NCBI RefSeq assembly: GCF_009834535.1
Contig: NC_045696.1
Coordinates: forward strand, 30,258,001-30,322,000
Length of the DNA: 64,000 nt
DNA from: Camelus ferus
Taxonomy: Eukaryota
Direction of reading: 5' to 3'
The notes under the pieces are model-generated. The model was not told the origin of the DNA. It searched no databases and was given only the letters and a program-made list of their open reading frames with translations. A program made the position numbers and the translations under genes. Positions 39,529 through 53,279 of this stretch are shown piece by piece (position 1 is the first letter of the stretch; the number at the start of each line of letters is the position of its first letter).

Positions 39529-42500
39529 CTTTTTTAATTAAGATTTTGTTTTTTTTAAAGCAGTTTAAGGCTCACAGCAAAATTGAAGGGAAGGTAAAAT
39601 GATTTCTCATACACCTGCTGCTTTCTTACAGGCATGGCCTCCCCCTTAATCAATATCCCCCACCAGAGTTGAACATTTGTTATAACTAATGAATCTACAT
39701 TGACAAGTCGTAATTACCCAAAGTCCATAGCTACATTATGTTTCATTCTTGGTATTGTACCTGGATTTGGGCAAATATATAAACATATATCCATCATTAT
39801 AGTATCTACAGAGTATTTTTGTTGCCCTAAAAATAGGCTCTGCCTATTCATTGCTCTCTCCAACACCCTGGGGAGCTACTGATCTTTTTACTGTCTCCAT
39901 AGATTTGCCTTTTTCCAGAATGTCATATAGTTCAAATCATACAATATGTTGTGTTTTCAGATTGGCTTCTTTCACTTAGTAATATGAATTTAAGTTTCTT
40001 CCATGTCTTTTCATGACTTGATAGTTCATTTATTTAAAAACTGAATAGTATTTCATTGACCAGAGTTTGTTTATCCATTCACCTATTGAAGGACATCTTA
40101 ATTGCTTCCAAGTTTTGGCAATTATGATTTAACCTGTTATAAACATCCACTTGCTCCATGGTATTTGGGTAAATTCTAAGGAGTTCAATTGTTGAATTGT
40201 ATAGTAAGAGGATATTTGTCTTTGTAAAAAAAACTGCCAATCTGTCTTCCAAAGTGGCTATACAATTTTGCATTCCCACAAGCAATGAATGATAGTTCCT
40301 ATTGCACCACATCCCCCCCAGCATTAGGTGCCAGGGTTCCTGATTTTAGTCATTCTCATGATTGTGTAATGGTATCTTGTTGTTGTTTTAATCTACATCT
40401 TCCTAATAACATATGTTGTGGAGCATCTTTTCACATGGTTATTTACGACCTGTATATCTTCTTTGGTAAGTTATCTGTTAAGGTGCCTGGCTCATTTTTT
40501 AACTGGGTCATTTGTTATCTTGTTGATTTTTTAGAGTTCTTTGTGTATTTTGAATAATGTTCTTCTAGCAGAAGTGTCTTTTGCAAATATTTTCTCCTAG
40601 TCTGTGGCTTGTCTTCTCATTCTCTTGACAATATCTTTCACAGAAAAGAAACTTCTAATTTTAATGAAGTCCAGGTTATCAATTAATTTTTTCATCAATC
40701 ATGCTTTTGATGTTGCATCTAAAAATAATTACCGTATCCAAATTCATCTAAGCTTTTTCCTATGTTACCTTTTAGGAGTTTTACAGTTTTGCATTTTCCA
40801 TTTAGGTCTCTGATCATTTTGAGTTAATTTTTATGAAGAAGTAAATTCTGTGTCTAGATTCATTTTCTTGCATGTGGATGTCCACTTGTTCCAGCACTGT
40901 TTGTTGAAGAAACCATCTTTATTCCATTGTATGTATTGTCTTTGTTCCTTTGTCAAAGATCAGTTGACTGTGTGAGTCTATTTCTGGGCTCTCTATTCTG
41001 TTCCATTGATCTGTTTGTCTGTCCTTTTGCAACTACCACACTGTCTTGATTACTACAGCTTTATAGTAACTTCTGAAATTGGGAGACATCAGTCTTCCAA
41101 CTTTATTCTTCTCTTTAGTATTGTTTTGGCTATTTGGGGTCTTTTGCCTCTCCATATATATTTTAGAAACAGTTTGTCAATATCCATAAAATAACTTCCT
41201 GGGAATCTGATTTGGATTGCCTTGAATCTATAGATCAAACTAGGAAGAACAGACAACTTGATAATATTGAGTCTTCCTATCTGTGAACATAGAATATCTC
41301 TCCATTTATTTAGCTTTTGATTTTATTCACCAGAGTTTTTTAGTTTTACTCATATAGATCTTCTAAATATTTTGTTAGATTCATACCTAAGTATTTTAAT
41401 TTGGGGAGTACTAATGTAAATGCTATGTGCTTCTAATTTCAAATTCCATTTTTTTATTGCTGGTATAAGGGAACAGTGATTGACTTTTGCATATTAACCT
41501 TGTATCCTGCAAACTTAATATAATTACTTATTAGCTCCAAGAGTTTTTTTAATTGATTCTTTTGGATATTTTATATATATGATCCTGTCATCTGTAAACA
41601 AAGGTCATTTTATTTCTTTCTTCTCAATCTCTATACCTTTTATTTCCTTATCTTGTCATGTTCAATTAGCTTGAACTTCCAGTCTTACAATGAAAACCAG
41701 TGGTGAGATCTTAGCAGGAAAGCTTTGAGCTTCTCATCTTTATATTTGGTGTCTGTGGGTTTTTTGTAGAAGCTCTTTCTCAAGTTGTGATAATTCTCCT
41801 CTTTTCCTAGTTTACAAGGAGATTTTATTATGAATGGGTGTTGGGTTTTTGTCAAATGTTTTTTCTGTATCTTTATATGTCATGTGATTTTTCCTCATTT
41901 CACTTGTATACTTTTATATAAACAAACATACATAAACATATATGTATGTATATGCGTGTATATGTATAAGCATACATAATAGAATATATTGTTCTATTTT
42001 TAACAGTTTTCTCTCAGATCATTTATAAATATGAATAATACACATTTTTATGCTATCTGTACCTTCTCCATTTTCAAACTTCTTCCTTTATGTAGATTTG
42101 AATTTCTGACCTGTTATTTTTCTTCTCTCTAAAGAACTACTTTTAATATTTCTTGCAAGAAAGGTCTACTGGCAACAAATTTTTTTTTCAAGTTTTGTGT
42201 ATCTGAAAAAGAAGTAATTCTTATTTTTGTTCCTCTATATGTAAATTGTTTTTCTCTTCTTTCTTTCATATTTTGTGTTTATCTTTGATTTTCTGTAGTT
42301 TGAAAATGTTATGCCTAGGTGTAGGGTTTGTTTTTTTTTTCTTTTTGACAGCTATCCAGCTTATAGTACTCTGAGCTTCTTGTATCTGTGGGTTGGTGTC
42401 TGACATCATTTTGGGAAAATTCTCAGTCATTATTATTTCAAGTATTTCTTTTGTTCCTTTCTTTCTTCTGCTTCTGTTATTCTCATTATGTGTATGCTAC

Positions 42501-43777
42501 GTCTTCCATAGCTGTCCTACAGACTTTGGATATTCTCTACTGTTTTGTTCCGTATGTGTTCTCTTTGCTTTTCAGTTAGCAAGGGTTCCATTCACATACC
42601 CTTTAACTCAGATTCTTTTCTCAGCCATACCCAACCTTCTGAAGAGCCCATCAAAGGCATCCTTCATTACTTTTCATTCCAAAGGCAGAAAGAGAGTAAA
42701 AGAAAAATAGAAAAAAAGAATAAGGGCAATAAATACAGCTTTTAAAAATCTCTATTGGTTTCTTTTTGGTTCTTTCTTATCCATGTCTCTGTTTACATTG
42801 TCAATCTGTTTATGCATACCTTCTACTTTCTATTTTATCCATTATAGTCCTTAGAACATTAATCACGATTGCTTTAAATTCCTGGTCTAAAAATTCCAAC
42901 ATCCGTGCCATCTCTAGTTCTGAAGATTTCTCTGTCTTTTCAAATTGTATTTTTGCCTTTGGTAAGCATTGTACTTTTTATTGATAGCTAGATTTGATAT
43001 TCTGGGTAAAAAGTAACTGCTGTAAATAGACCTTAATAATGTGGTTATAGGGAGTGGAGGTACTAGAATTCCATAGGACTATGAGTAGGTCTCAGTCTTT
43101 TGGTGAACTTGTGCCTCTGGACAGCGAACTTCACAGGAGTATCTCAGCTTTTTTCTCCCTGCTTAGGTGGAACAGAATGGCTAGAGTAGGCAAGAGTTAG
43201 GTATTTTCTTTCCCTCAGCTTAGTGAGGCTCTGATAAGACCCAGAAGGTTAGGCTCTGGTTAACTGGTTTCCACTGAGGGCAGGCTTTGTTAAGAACAGG
43301 TGCTCTGGTGTATTTCAAAGTGGTTCTTTTTCTCCTCCCTCTTCCAGAACCTGATGGGATTTTCCTCAGATAATTACTATGGGAGTCTGGCCAAGCTCCT
43401 AGAGGTAAATCTCATGATATTATGGGGTTTCCCTTATAACTAGTACCCCCTGTAGCTTTAAACTCTCAGACATGTCCTTATTGAGCCTCCTGCAAATTGT
43501 CACTTACAGTTCAAGTTTTCCTACCTTGGCACTGGTACGCACAGTGGTTTCCACTTGTGAGGCACTGCCCTGGTAAGCCACAAATCCCACAGATCCTTAG
43601 ATGCCCCTGCCTGCCTGTCTCTCCAGTTTTAGCTACAGTGGTTTGCCCTGTGTTCTCCCTTCTTATGGATTTAAGAAGAGGTATTTATTTTTCACTCTAT
43701 TCAGGTTTTTACTTGGTTTTAAGACAAAGTGGTGAATTCCTAGCTCCTTACATAGGGATCTGGAAACTGGAAGTCCA
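39529..43777 (-). mobile_element. L1MC element from L1MCa-type 5' UTR to 3' UTR, internally deleted
   Basis: L1MC1-type 3' end at 39530, ORF2 remnants to ~41900, ORF1/5' UTR-like to gaaactggaagtc; possible decayed TSD at 39516-39528 and 43778-43790 (10/13). Confidence 0.85.
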
Positions 43778-44364
43778 CAAGTTAACTATGAATAATAGAA
43801 CTATTATCTTAGAAAAAACCCTATTTGTTTACACACTTGGTAAACAGGAACAATTTCAGGGTCCTTTGGACAAGCAAACCAAGTATCTTATTTGTATTAT
43901 CTACATATTTCAGGCTACAGTTTTGTATTTATGAAACATATACAAAATATTACATAAGTTATTAAACTTTACAGGCATTTTTCCAATTTGATATTCCTTA
44001 ATATTTTTAAATAAATTTCAACTTGTTAAAGAGAAAAAAAATTGTCTGAGAAAAATTGTCCTTATGGAGTTAGATAATTATAGAACTAATAGAAAATAGA
44101 TGCGTAGGTTAATCTGAGATAAATAAAAATAAAACTTAGTAAGTAGGCAAATCATTTCAATATCTTTGGAATAGTCTATTTCCTAGGAAAAAATGTGAAA
44201 TCCATTGACTGAATGGATCCTTTTCAAAAAGAAAAAAAAATTAAACTAGAAAGTATTCTCAGAAAAAACACATTAATTTAATTATAACCTTTATTTTCTC
44301 ACCAAAACCTACACAAAGTTAAAAGAATAAAACAAGAGTATTTATCCATATGAAGTGGGAGTAA

Positions 44365-45240
44365 GTGAGGAGGCAAAGAAAAAGGCAGATATCAACAACT
44401 TCTGAAAGCAACAAGGAGTGACTAGCTTAAGGAAGCTTGAGTGAATAGCTTGAGTGAAGCTTAAAGAAACTAATTCCAGTAGAGCTGAACACTGAATGGA
44501 ATTAAGCCAGATGTCCCACTGAAAATGAGCATTTTTAGACACCATTCACCCTAGAATACTAAGGCCCAATACAGCTGAAAATGGGAGCATTATTTGGATG
44601 ACGAGATAGAGTGACGGGAGGATAGACCTCCCTCAGAATTCACAGCCAAGGAACTGCCTTGCCTCCAACACAATCGTCAACAGTAATCTAGAAATTCACT
44701 CTGTGGAGAATTGAATCCTGAGAGGCTCTGGAATTGTGCTCTCCAGTTACAGATTATGGGTAAAGTGTGGGTCTAAAACCAAGGGGTTTGGTGGAAGGTG
44801 TAAATGATACACCACCACGTCCTCTTCTTTGCTTACTCTACTGTCAAAAATGTTGCAATCCAGGCATACTATTTTCCAAATGCCATGACTCTTTTTCAAA
44901 GCAAGAGAATGGAGAATTTTTTTTTTTTTTCCCTGAAGAAGCTTAAACTCCTGTGGAGGCACACATTTTATGACCTACCACAAATTATGGTGCAACTCTT
45001 GATAAAACTGCAGTGAAGCTCATCAGACGGCACTCTCCAAGAAGGCTCACAGAGATTCCAACCAAATTTATCCTACATAATCTTATATATGATTAGAAAA
45101 TCAATTTTATTGAAAATTTAAAAATGGGAAAGGGCTCAAAAATTTTAAATTAATCAGGTGGATTGTTAACAAGATGATGACAGAAAAATTGTCTGGATAT
45201 CTTGAAAAATGGCACAAGAAATGCAAAATATAATTTATGA
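44365..45240 (+). mobile_element. Possible ancient L1/HAL1 5' region
   Basis: General resemblance only; highly diverged. Confidence 0.3.
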
Positions 45241-46054
45241 TATGTCATAGAAATAACAGAGGTGAAATACTGGAAGTATTTTCAGGTACCATATTAAACT
45301 GGTCTTTTTGACCCAGGAAACTGGAATGACACGTCCACATTTGAAAAGCCTGAAAGTTGACATAGCTATAATTCCTTACATAATTTACATGTATCTCATG
45401 ATAGATATTTTCAAAAATGGTAATCTTATTTAAAAAAAAAACAAACATGTCCTTGTCTCACTTCCCCCATCCTGTGGTCCTTTAAATGAGAGAGGCTAGG
45501 AGTCACAGTTAGAAATGGGAAAATAGAGTCTGATTGTATACCTAGTACAAGATAGGCATAGCACAGAAGCAGGAATAAGTTAAAGAGGGACATAAAGAAG
45601 GAAGAGAACAGAGAAAAATTCTTACTGTGGGTCTCACCAAGTACAGAAAGTCCCCTTTGCATTTAGGTTGGAGGGAGGTGAGATGAAATTATCACAGCCT
45701 TACGCTTTGGAGAAGCATATTGAGAACAGCAGTCACACTGTAGGAAATCCTAGTAACTCCTGCCTGCGACATAAGGTCCTACCACTTCTCACTGTCACTG
45801 TCTCCCGTATTTCAAGGGAGGGATTTGACAGCCTACTACAGACTCTTGAGGTGCTGGGAACAGGTGAAATGATGTTGACAGCCACAGAGGGTATGGACTA
45901 CTCGTGGCACAGTGATTCTGTGCTTAACTGTGTGTGTGAGCAAAGGAAATTCAGTTTAGCTACTCTGTTAGCTAGAAAGAATAATTGAGAAGACAATTGA
46001 AAATTGCTGTCTGTTCATTTGAAATTTTACTATAACGCTATAATGTCTACCTGG

Positions 46055-46472
46055 TAGTTTAGTTAACAGAGCCTAGGTTATGCTGCAGTAATGAACTCCA
46101 AAATCTCAATAGCGAACACAGTAAAAATACTTGCTCATGCAAGTTCTGCCATCGGTCTGAGCAACATGCCTGGGCGGCAGTCCTTGAAGTTAGGACTCAT
46201 GGATTTAAGGTGTTTCAGTCCTATAGCACCTGCATCTCAAACCATGGTTGTGCTATTGCAGCAAGATAACAGTTGAGAGAGTTCTGGAGCGTCTCTCACT
46301 GCCAATCAGATGTTTTGACTTAGAAGTTATACATGCCACTTCCTATAAAATAATACTGTTCAGATATAGTCATATGATAACCTAACTTCAAGGGGTCAAA
46401 AAGAGCAAGCCTTCCGTGAGCAGTAAAACAACAAAGAACTGGAGGCAAGTAAGTGCTTGAAATCTCTACTAC
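46055..46472 (-). mobile_element. MLT1 (K/L-like) MaLR LTR
   Basis: taggttatgctgcagtaatgaactccaaaatctcaatagc...tagtcatatg...cctaacttcaagggg. Confidence 0.75.
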
Positions 46473-48001
46473 CCCCGGTCAAGCGTCTATTTCAGATGCA
46501 AAAACAAAGATTTACCAGAAATAATTAATAGAAACTGCAGAATAATTGAAGGAATGGGAAAAATGTGTAATAATTTTTTTTAATTTATGATATTGTGAAC
46601 TTGCTGACATTATCTTGGGCTTAAAAAGGGTAAATGTTCTTGTGTATTTCTGTAAGAAATAGAAAAAAAATAAATAAATTATGGATAATAAATTAATTAA
46701 TAGAGAGAAGTTAATGAAAGAAATGAATCTTTTACCAAATTTCTGAAACTCAGTAATGGATGACTGAATGATGTAGAATCTTTAACCTAGGATTTTTCAA
46801 AAATTGATCTAGAAGACAGTACTGAAAACATTCTTGGGGATAAAAATCCCACACAGATTGCTTAGTCTTTCTCCTCCTTGAAATAGTGACTCATAAATCT
46901 ACCTTTAGGTTGGACTTTTTTTCCCCCTAATGAAAGCTCCATGTGATTGAAGTTGAGTGGCAATGCAGCAGTAAGGGGTACATATTTTCCCTGCTAATTC
47001 TGTCGGTCACTTCTCATTCTAACTACATAAATCTATGGATATTTTTCTATAGAGAGGTAATTTTCAGCTTTATTATGTAGTTAACTTCAGTGGCAACTAT
47101 TTCTTGTAAATTAATCTCTAGATGCGAATCTTACAAGGACAACTTAATGGTAGTAGAGGTATGTTTTAAAGCAATACTTGGCATCACAGGTTGGTGAGTT
47201 TTGTTGTTTTTCATTCTGTCTCACATCTGCATCATAAACAACTATAACCCCTCCTGAGTTATCCACCGTTAGTTAATCATATAAAAGATTGTTGCTATGA
47301 ATTAGAATTATTGCTCTGCCTTCTTGAGAGGAGTTAAATTAAAAGAAATTAGACCTCTAAGTCCCTGCTTCAATATTTTCTCTCATCTACAAGAATATTT
47401 CTTGGAGAAATGCCATATCTGCCTTCAGCTATTAAACTCACTGAAGAGTCTATTCTTTTACTGAGAAATTCAGTGTTTATTCATGGAACATGCATGTTAC
47501 AATATTACAGTGATTATCTGTTTTCTTTGTCTATGGTTAAAGTGCCATCTGTAATAAATCTAGCTTTCTTAGAAGGGTGGCATCTAGAACGTCATCTATC
47601 AATGTTCAAATTATTAGTAGGAATATTTTTTCTACCATAATAAATAATAAATACCACAATAAATATCACATTGATACTCTTCTTCAAATTTACTCATGTT
47701 TACAATTAAAATACTATTGTCTATGGGAAATAAACAACAACTCAATTTGGTTGATTTTTGCATTTGCAACATTATTTTTATACAATATTTATATAGTTTA
47801 AAACACTTTATATTGAAATATACTGATATTAATGTTTAAAATTTACTATTTTGAGAATAGCATTATTATCTTGAGAATGTAAATAATAAAATTTCTTATT
47901 CTTTATATTCTAAGTGATTAAGTTAATCTGTATGTTACTTTCAAAGTTTAGCTTTAGACCATTGCCCAACGTAACTCTGGATTAAGATTCAGAACAATTT
48001 A

Positions 48002-48143
48002 CAAGTATACCTCATTTTATCGTGCTTTGTTTTACTGCACTTCACAGATATCGCATTTTTTACAAATTGGAATTTTGTGGTAATGCTGTGTGGAGCAAGT
48101 CTGCTGGTGCCTTTTATTTTTTTTTTAAACTAGGGATCTAGGG

Positions 48144-48185
<42 letters not shown>

Positions 48186-48707
48186 TTATGTATGTATTTA
48201 TTAGTTTATCTTTACTATAGGTTTTTATTTTATTGCTCACCCTTAAATCTTTTTTTTTTAATTGAAGTATAGTCAGTTTAATTGAAGTATTGTCAGTTTA
48301 ATTGAAGTATTGTCAATTTCTGGTGTACCATACAACGTTTCAATCATACGTGTACATACATATATTTATTTTCGTATTCTTTTTCATTATGGGTTATTAC
48401 AGCCATTTTTCAAACAGCAGTTGCTTGCTTTGTGTCTCAGTGTCACATTTTGTTAACTCTCAGCAATATTTCCAACCCTCTACCAGCAAAAAATTATAAC
48501 TTGCTGAAGGCTCAGAGGATAGTTAGCATTTTTTAGCAGTAAAACATTTTTAATTAATGTATATACATTTTTTAGACATAGTATTATTGCATACTTAATA
48601 GACTATAGTGTAATATAAACAAAATTTGTATGACTCACTTTATTGCAATATTCACTTTGTTTGCAGTGGTTTGGAACCAAACACACAATAATTCTGAGTT
48701 ACACTTA
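48002..48707 (+). mobile_element. Tigger1 internal-deletion derivative (Tigger1a_Art-like), interrupted by an L1 insert
   Basis: Both Tigger1 termini present (caagtatacctcattttat...; gcagtggtttggaaccaaac...); left TA target. Confidence 0.9.
48111..48401 (-). mobile_element. Short camelid L1 3' end with extra 3' segment and (TATC)n
   Basis: L1 tail at 48251-48401 homologous to 50478-50600 and 63640-63760; flanked by gcc(a)tttt duplication within Tigger1. Confidence 0.8.
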
Positions 48708-48829
48708 CGTATAATTTGATATTGTTTATTCCCATGAGTTAAAATATAACATTAAATTGTTAATAATATGGTGTAGGTGCATATTTTGACAGAAATTATT
48801 CAATAAAAACATTTAATTCTATTATATGT

Positions 48830-49005
48830 GGGTGTATATAAAAAATGGCTTTTTTTCATAGATTAGAAAAGAGTATAAAAGTATATGTACCAAAATAATA
48901 ACACTAGTTACCTCTGGATTATGGAATTTGCATAATTATTTTTAGTGCATTTCTTAGGTTTAAATATTTTTACAACCATATTGTATTATTTTCACAATAA
49001 ATATA
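48830..49005 (+). mobile_element. L1ME4-like 3' end
   Basis: taccaaaataataacactagttacctctgg...tttttacaaccatattgtattattttcacaataaa. Confidence 0.6.
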
Positions 49006-49529
49006 AAGGACAAAATATTATGCATTGAGGCTATTTTGAGAGTCTAACATTCAGTTTAAATAGCAGATATTAATAATAACATTTCAGTGCGATGTGGGCT
49101 GGTACATATTTTTTTCTACGATTTAAACTTGGGTTCTCTATTTTCTTTTTCACAAAGATTTAGAAAGACTCAAATATTTATAGCGAAAGTGTTCTCTCTA
49201 ATTGTATCACAATGAAGCAATATCCACACATTATGGTGGAAATCCTATTTGTAATGCTCCTGCTACAGAGGTGGAGCAAACTGATTAGTGAGGAACTGGT
49301 TAGTGAGAGTTTAGACAGAATGCCAGCAAACATTCCAAGTGTACTTAAATATTTAATTCCTGGTATATGAAAATAAAAATGACTAGTTTTTCTCCTCTAA
49401 CTGAGAAAAATATTGAAGACTATACATTTCTTCTGGGAATAACTTAAGAACAACTTTTTTGTTACACATTTTTATATGAAATATTAATTTCATTGCTTGC
49501 TAATTTTGGATTATATTTGTGGATCAAGC

Positions 49530-49725
49530 TTTTTTTTTTAGCACTTTGTATTATTTTAGTAAATCCTTACAAAATCTTTGTGAACTATGTATTATTTTCC
49601 CCAATATGCCAATGGGAAAGTAAAGCATGGACATTTAAAAAGAAGATTGCCCAAGCTCACACCCTTAATAAGTGGTATATTTGAACCTAGGAAGTCTAGT
49701 TGCTGTGTTAATCTCTATGCTATAT
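49530..49725 (-). mobile_element. MIR SINE
   Basis: aatccttacaaaatctttgtga...ttgcccaagctcacac...tttgaacctaggaagtctagt. Confidence 0.75.
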
Positions 49726-50214
49726 GGAGATCCTAAATAATAAGTACTCTCAGTTTTGCTTGCTGCTTTGATTAAGGCTTAGTAAGAGATACATTTGATT
49801 TTTTTCTTAAACGAATTAAGTTCAAAATTCAAAATATATGCGATACTGTGTTGACAGACCTTTCTGTTACCCCTGTACCCTGTCTTCTAAAAAATATATC
49901 TTCATGTTTTTTTTTCTCCATTGAGGTGTTAATATTTTTATTAAATTTTATTAGTTAAGTGTGGGATCTCAATACTGAAAGACCTTCTCAACCAACCTGG
50001 AATGGCTTGAAGGTAGTAAAATACATGTCTTCTCTGTTTTCTGGTGTCCAGAATCCCTGAGTTCTTGAGTGACCCTCAACCAACTAATCCATTTATTCAA
50101 CAGTGTTTGATGTGGCAAGCTTAGAGAAATAGCTTTGATATAAGGGTAGTAAATATTTTTCCTAGTGTTTTTAGTCATTTAATCTGTATCATGATGATTT
50201 TTATGAAGGACTTA

Positions 50215-50306
50215 TATTTCTTAACGGAGGTACTGGGCATTGAACTTAGGATCTCATGGATGCTAACTAAGCACGTGCTCTGCACTGAGCTATTCCTTCC
50301 ACCCTC
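50215..50306 (-). mobile_element. Camelid tRNA-Ala-derived SINE (Vic-1 type)
   Basis: ggaggtactgggcattgaac...taagcacgtgctctgcactgagctat is the reverse complement of the 13188 copy. Confidence 0.85.
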
Positions 50307-50309
50307 AAT

Positions 50310-53150
50310 GCAGAATTTTAAAATTTTGTGCAGTTTTTTTTTTTTTAGTCAGTCCTTATGGCTTCAGGATTTGTGTGAAAGTTAGAAAAGCTTTTACTAC
50401 TTGAGCATTTGATAAAAAATGTCATCATGATTTTTCCTAGTATTTCATGAATGTTTAAAAAAAATTTGTGTATAATATATTTATTGAAGTATAGTCAGTT
50501 TATAAGGTTGTGTCAATTTCTGGTGTACAGCATAATGCTTCAGTCATACATGAAGATACATATATTTGTTTTCATATTCTTTTTCACCATAAGTTACTAC
50601 AAAATAGTGAATATAGTTCCCTGTGCCTGGAGATTGTCATTCTAAGTGAGGTAAGCCAAAAAGAGAAAGAAAAATACCATATGATATCACTTATATGTGG
50701 ACTCTAAAAAAAAAAAGACAAACTAACTTATTTACAAAACAAAAACAGACTCACAGACATAGAAAACAAACTGATGGTTACTGGGAGGGGAAGGGGTTGG
50801 GAAGGGATAAAATGGGAGTTCAAAATTTGCATATACTAATATATATATACATATATATATATGTATATATATAAAATAGATAAACAACAAGTTCATATGA
50901 ATGTTTTTGTATCTAAGATTTTAATCCCTTTGGAATTGATCAGGTGTAGTATATATGGCATGGTATTTAACTTTACTCCAGTTCTTTGATCAAAGAACCC
51001 AACACCATTTATTCCTTCAATGACCTGAGGTGTGTTTATTCAATAGAAAAGGTTAGAGTATATATTGGCTTTTCTAGGGACTTTCAACTCTGCTCTTTGG
51101 ATCTCTTGATTTATTCATATGCCATTAACATGTTCTTAAAATTACTGAGGCTTTGTAACTGATAGGAGGATCCTCCTGTTTATCTTTTGCTTTCATGATT
51201 TTCAAGATATTCATATTTTGCCTTTTCCCATAGAAACTTTAGAATCTTTTCCAGCAAAAACACTTTCTGTTAGTGTTTTATTTAGATTATATTGAATTTA
51301 TGATGCAATTTATTGTGAACTATACCCTTTTCTTCCATAAGAGTTGCATAGATCCTTATTTTTTCTGATTTATTCTTCGCCTTTTTACTTTCTCTGGGTA
51401 AATTTTCTGCAGATTTTCTTTTTTCCCAAGAACATGGCCTGTTTTTCATTCTGTACAAGGCATTTTTATCCTTCAGAAGCATTTTAAAATTTCACTTCTT
51501 TTTCATTTCTTACTAATATTATTCCTAGATGGTATATCATTTTGATGGTTGTTAGGAATCAAAAATTTCTTCCATTGTGTGTTTAATTTGATTATATGAA
51601 CATATTTATGTCTCTATATTAAGTTTTTGCACCACTTTAAAAAATATTTGTACCGGTTTCTCAGTTGATTCACTTGGGTCTTCCAGATTTAAAATAATAT
51701 TATTTGATAGTAACAGATTATTTTGTCCCTCACACTTTTTATGATTCTAATTTATGTCTTGTGTCTAATTATTTTGACAAGTAATATCTCTCTCTCTCTT
51801 TCTCTTTCAGGATTAGATTTGAACAAGTTAGTCATCTAGTAGTTTCTTCTTAATTGCTGTGTACAAGTTTGACTGCTTTGTGTACATAAATTATTACTTT
51901 TTATGATATGTCACTATTCTGTTTAGTAAGAGTTAACTTAAAATTCGTCTTTAGTATTATTAAATATTGCCTCTGCTTCTTTCTCTTTATTTGCACTTGT
52001 CTAGTATCTCTTTATTCAACTTTTATTTATAAACCTACTTTATCCCTTTCTTTAGTGTTTTCTTTTAATAGCATAGAACTAGTTTTCATTTTTTTGCTGA
52101 AATTCTCTTCTAATTAGAAAATATAGTCCATTTGTATATACTACAATGATTAATATATTTAACTTTTTATTTTTATTTTACCCTTTATTGTCTTGATTCT
52201 TTTCTTTCTCTATTCCCATATCACCAAATCTCTCACCAAGAGGATCTTTTTCCTCATTGTTTCCCTACCTTTATTCTGATAGGTTTTAACGTATCCTTTT
52301 TCATGCCCTTTCTCTATCCATTTAACTTTTTCATTTTATTATAAAAATAATTTAGTAATTTTAGTTTCAGAACATTATTAAATTTCCTGTTGAATTATGG
52401 CTCTTCTAAATCAAGAATCCTTATTTTTTTTTACATATACTAAGTCACTTTTTCATTATTTATTTAGATTTGAAACAAACATATTAACAAGTTACTAATA
52501 TTTTATATATGCCAAGTGATTTTATAGTTACCCATTTAGATTTAACTATAGTTTTTGCAAAGTCAATACTCATATTCATTTTTTCTCTTTTCCTATTTCC
52601 CCATACTTAATTTGTTTTTCTGATATATTTATTTTTTGGTTAGAATCTGAGATATTGCTCATAGAGAGAGTGTAGGCTGATATCTTCTCTCCTTCTTTAC
52701 ATGTCTGAAAATATTTGTATTTCATGATAATAGTTGAATGACATGAACTGTTGATTAGGTTTAGAATTATTGAGAATTAAGTTTCTTTCCCAAAAATTTT
52801 ACAACTGCTATTCCTTATGCTGTATTTGTTTAAAGTTGTTGATTCCTATTCTGTAAAAGATGCTTTTTTTTTTTTTTATCTAGCAACTTTTCAGAATCTC
52901 TATTTAAATTTTCAAGATTATATCCAGGGCTATATCATTTTATAATGTCTGGCATAAATTTGGTAAAACTTTCAAAAGAAAGAGTCCGTGTTTTATTATT
53001 ATTTATTTAATTATTTCCTATTTTTTCTCTGTTCTTTCCCTCCTGGTAATTTTATGCCAATTCAGTGGTACTTTGAATTCTGGTTTTCTTTTCTGATCCA
53101 TTTGATATTAATTATTTTTAGAGTCATAAAATAACTCTATTGTTGTATTT
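50310..53150 (-). mobile_element. Ancient L1 (L1M5/L1ME) ORF2/ORF1 remnants
   Basis: T-rich antisense L1 motifs (ttaatccctttggaatt, caacaccatttatt, aactttagaatc, atgtctgaaaat); boundaries approximate. Confidence 0.6.
50457..50897 (-). mobile_element. Young camelid L1 with 5' inversion (twin priming)
   Basis: Segment to 50626 is antisense, 50627-50897 is sense; TSD atgaatgttt at 50447-50456 and 50897-50906. Confidence 0.9.
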
Positions 53151-53279
53151 AAAAGTTGTATTTAGTGGGAGAGAAAAGGCAGAGTAAACTTATTCCATCT
53201 ACCCTGGATCAGGAAATTCCCTAGGGACCGAAACGCCAAAGGGGGGAAAAATAGTTTAAACAGTAGAGTAATCAAAGAT

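Noticed and set aside
43497..43934. 145-aa ORF
   Set aside because: Non-ATG start; mostly antisense to the L1MC 5' UTR; no recognisable domain.
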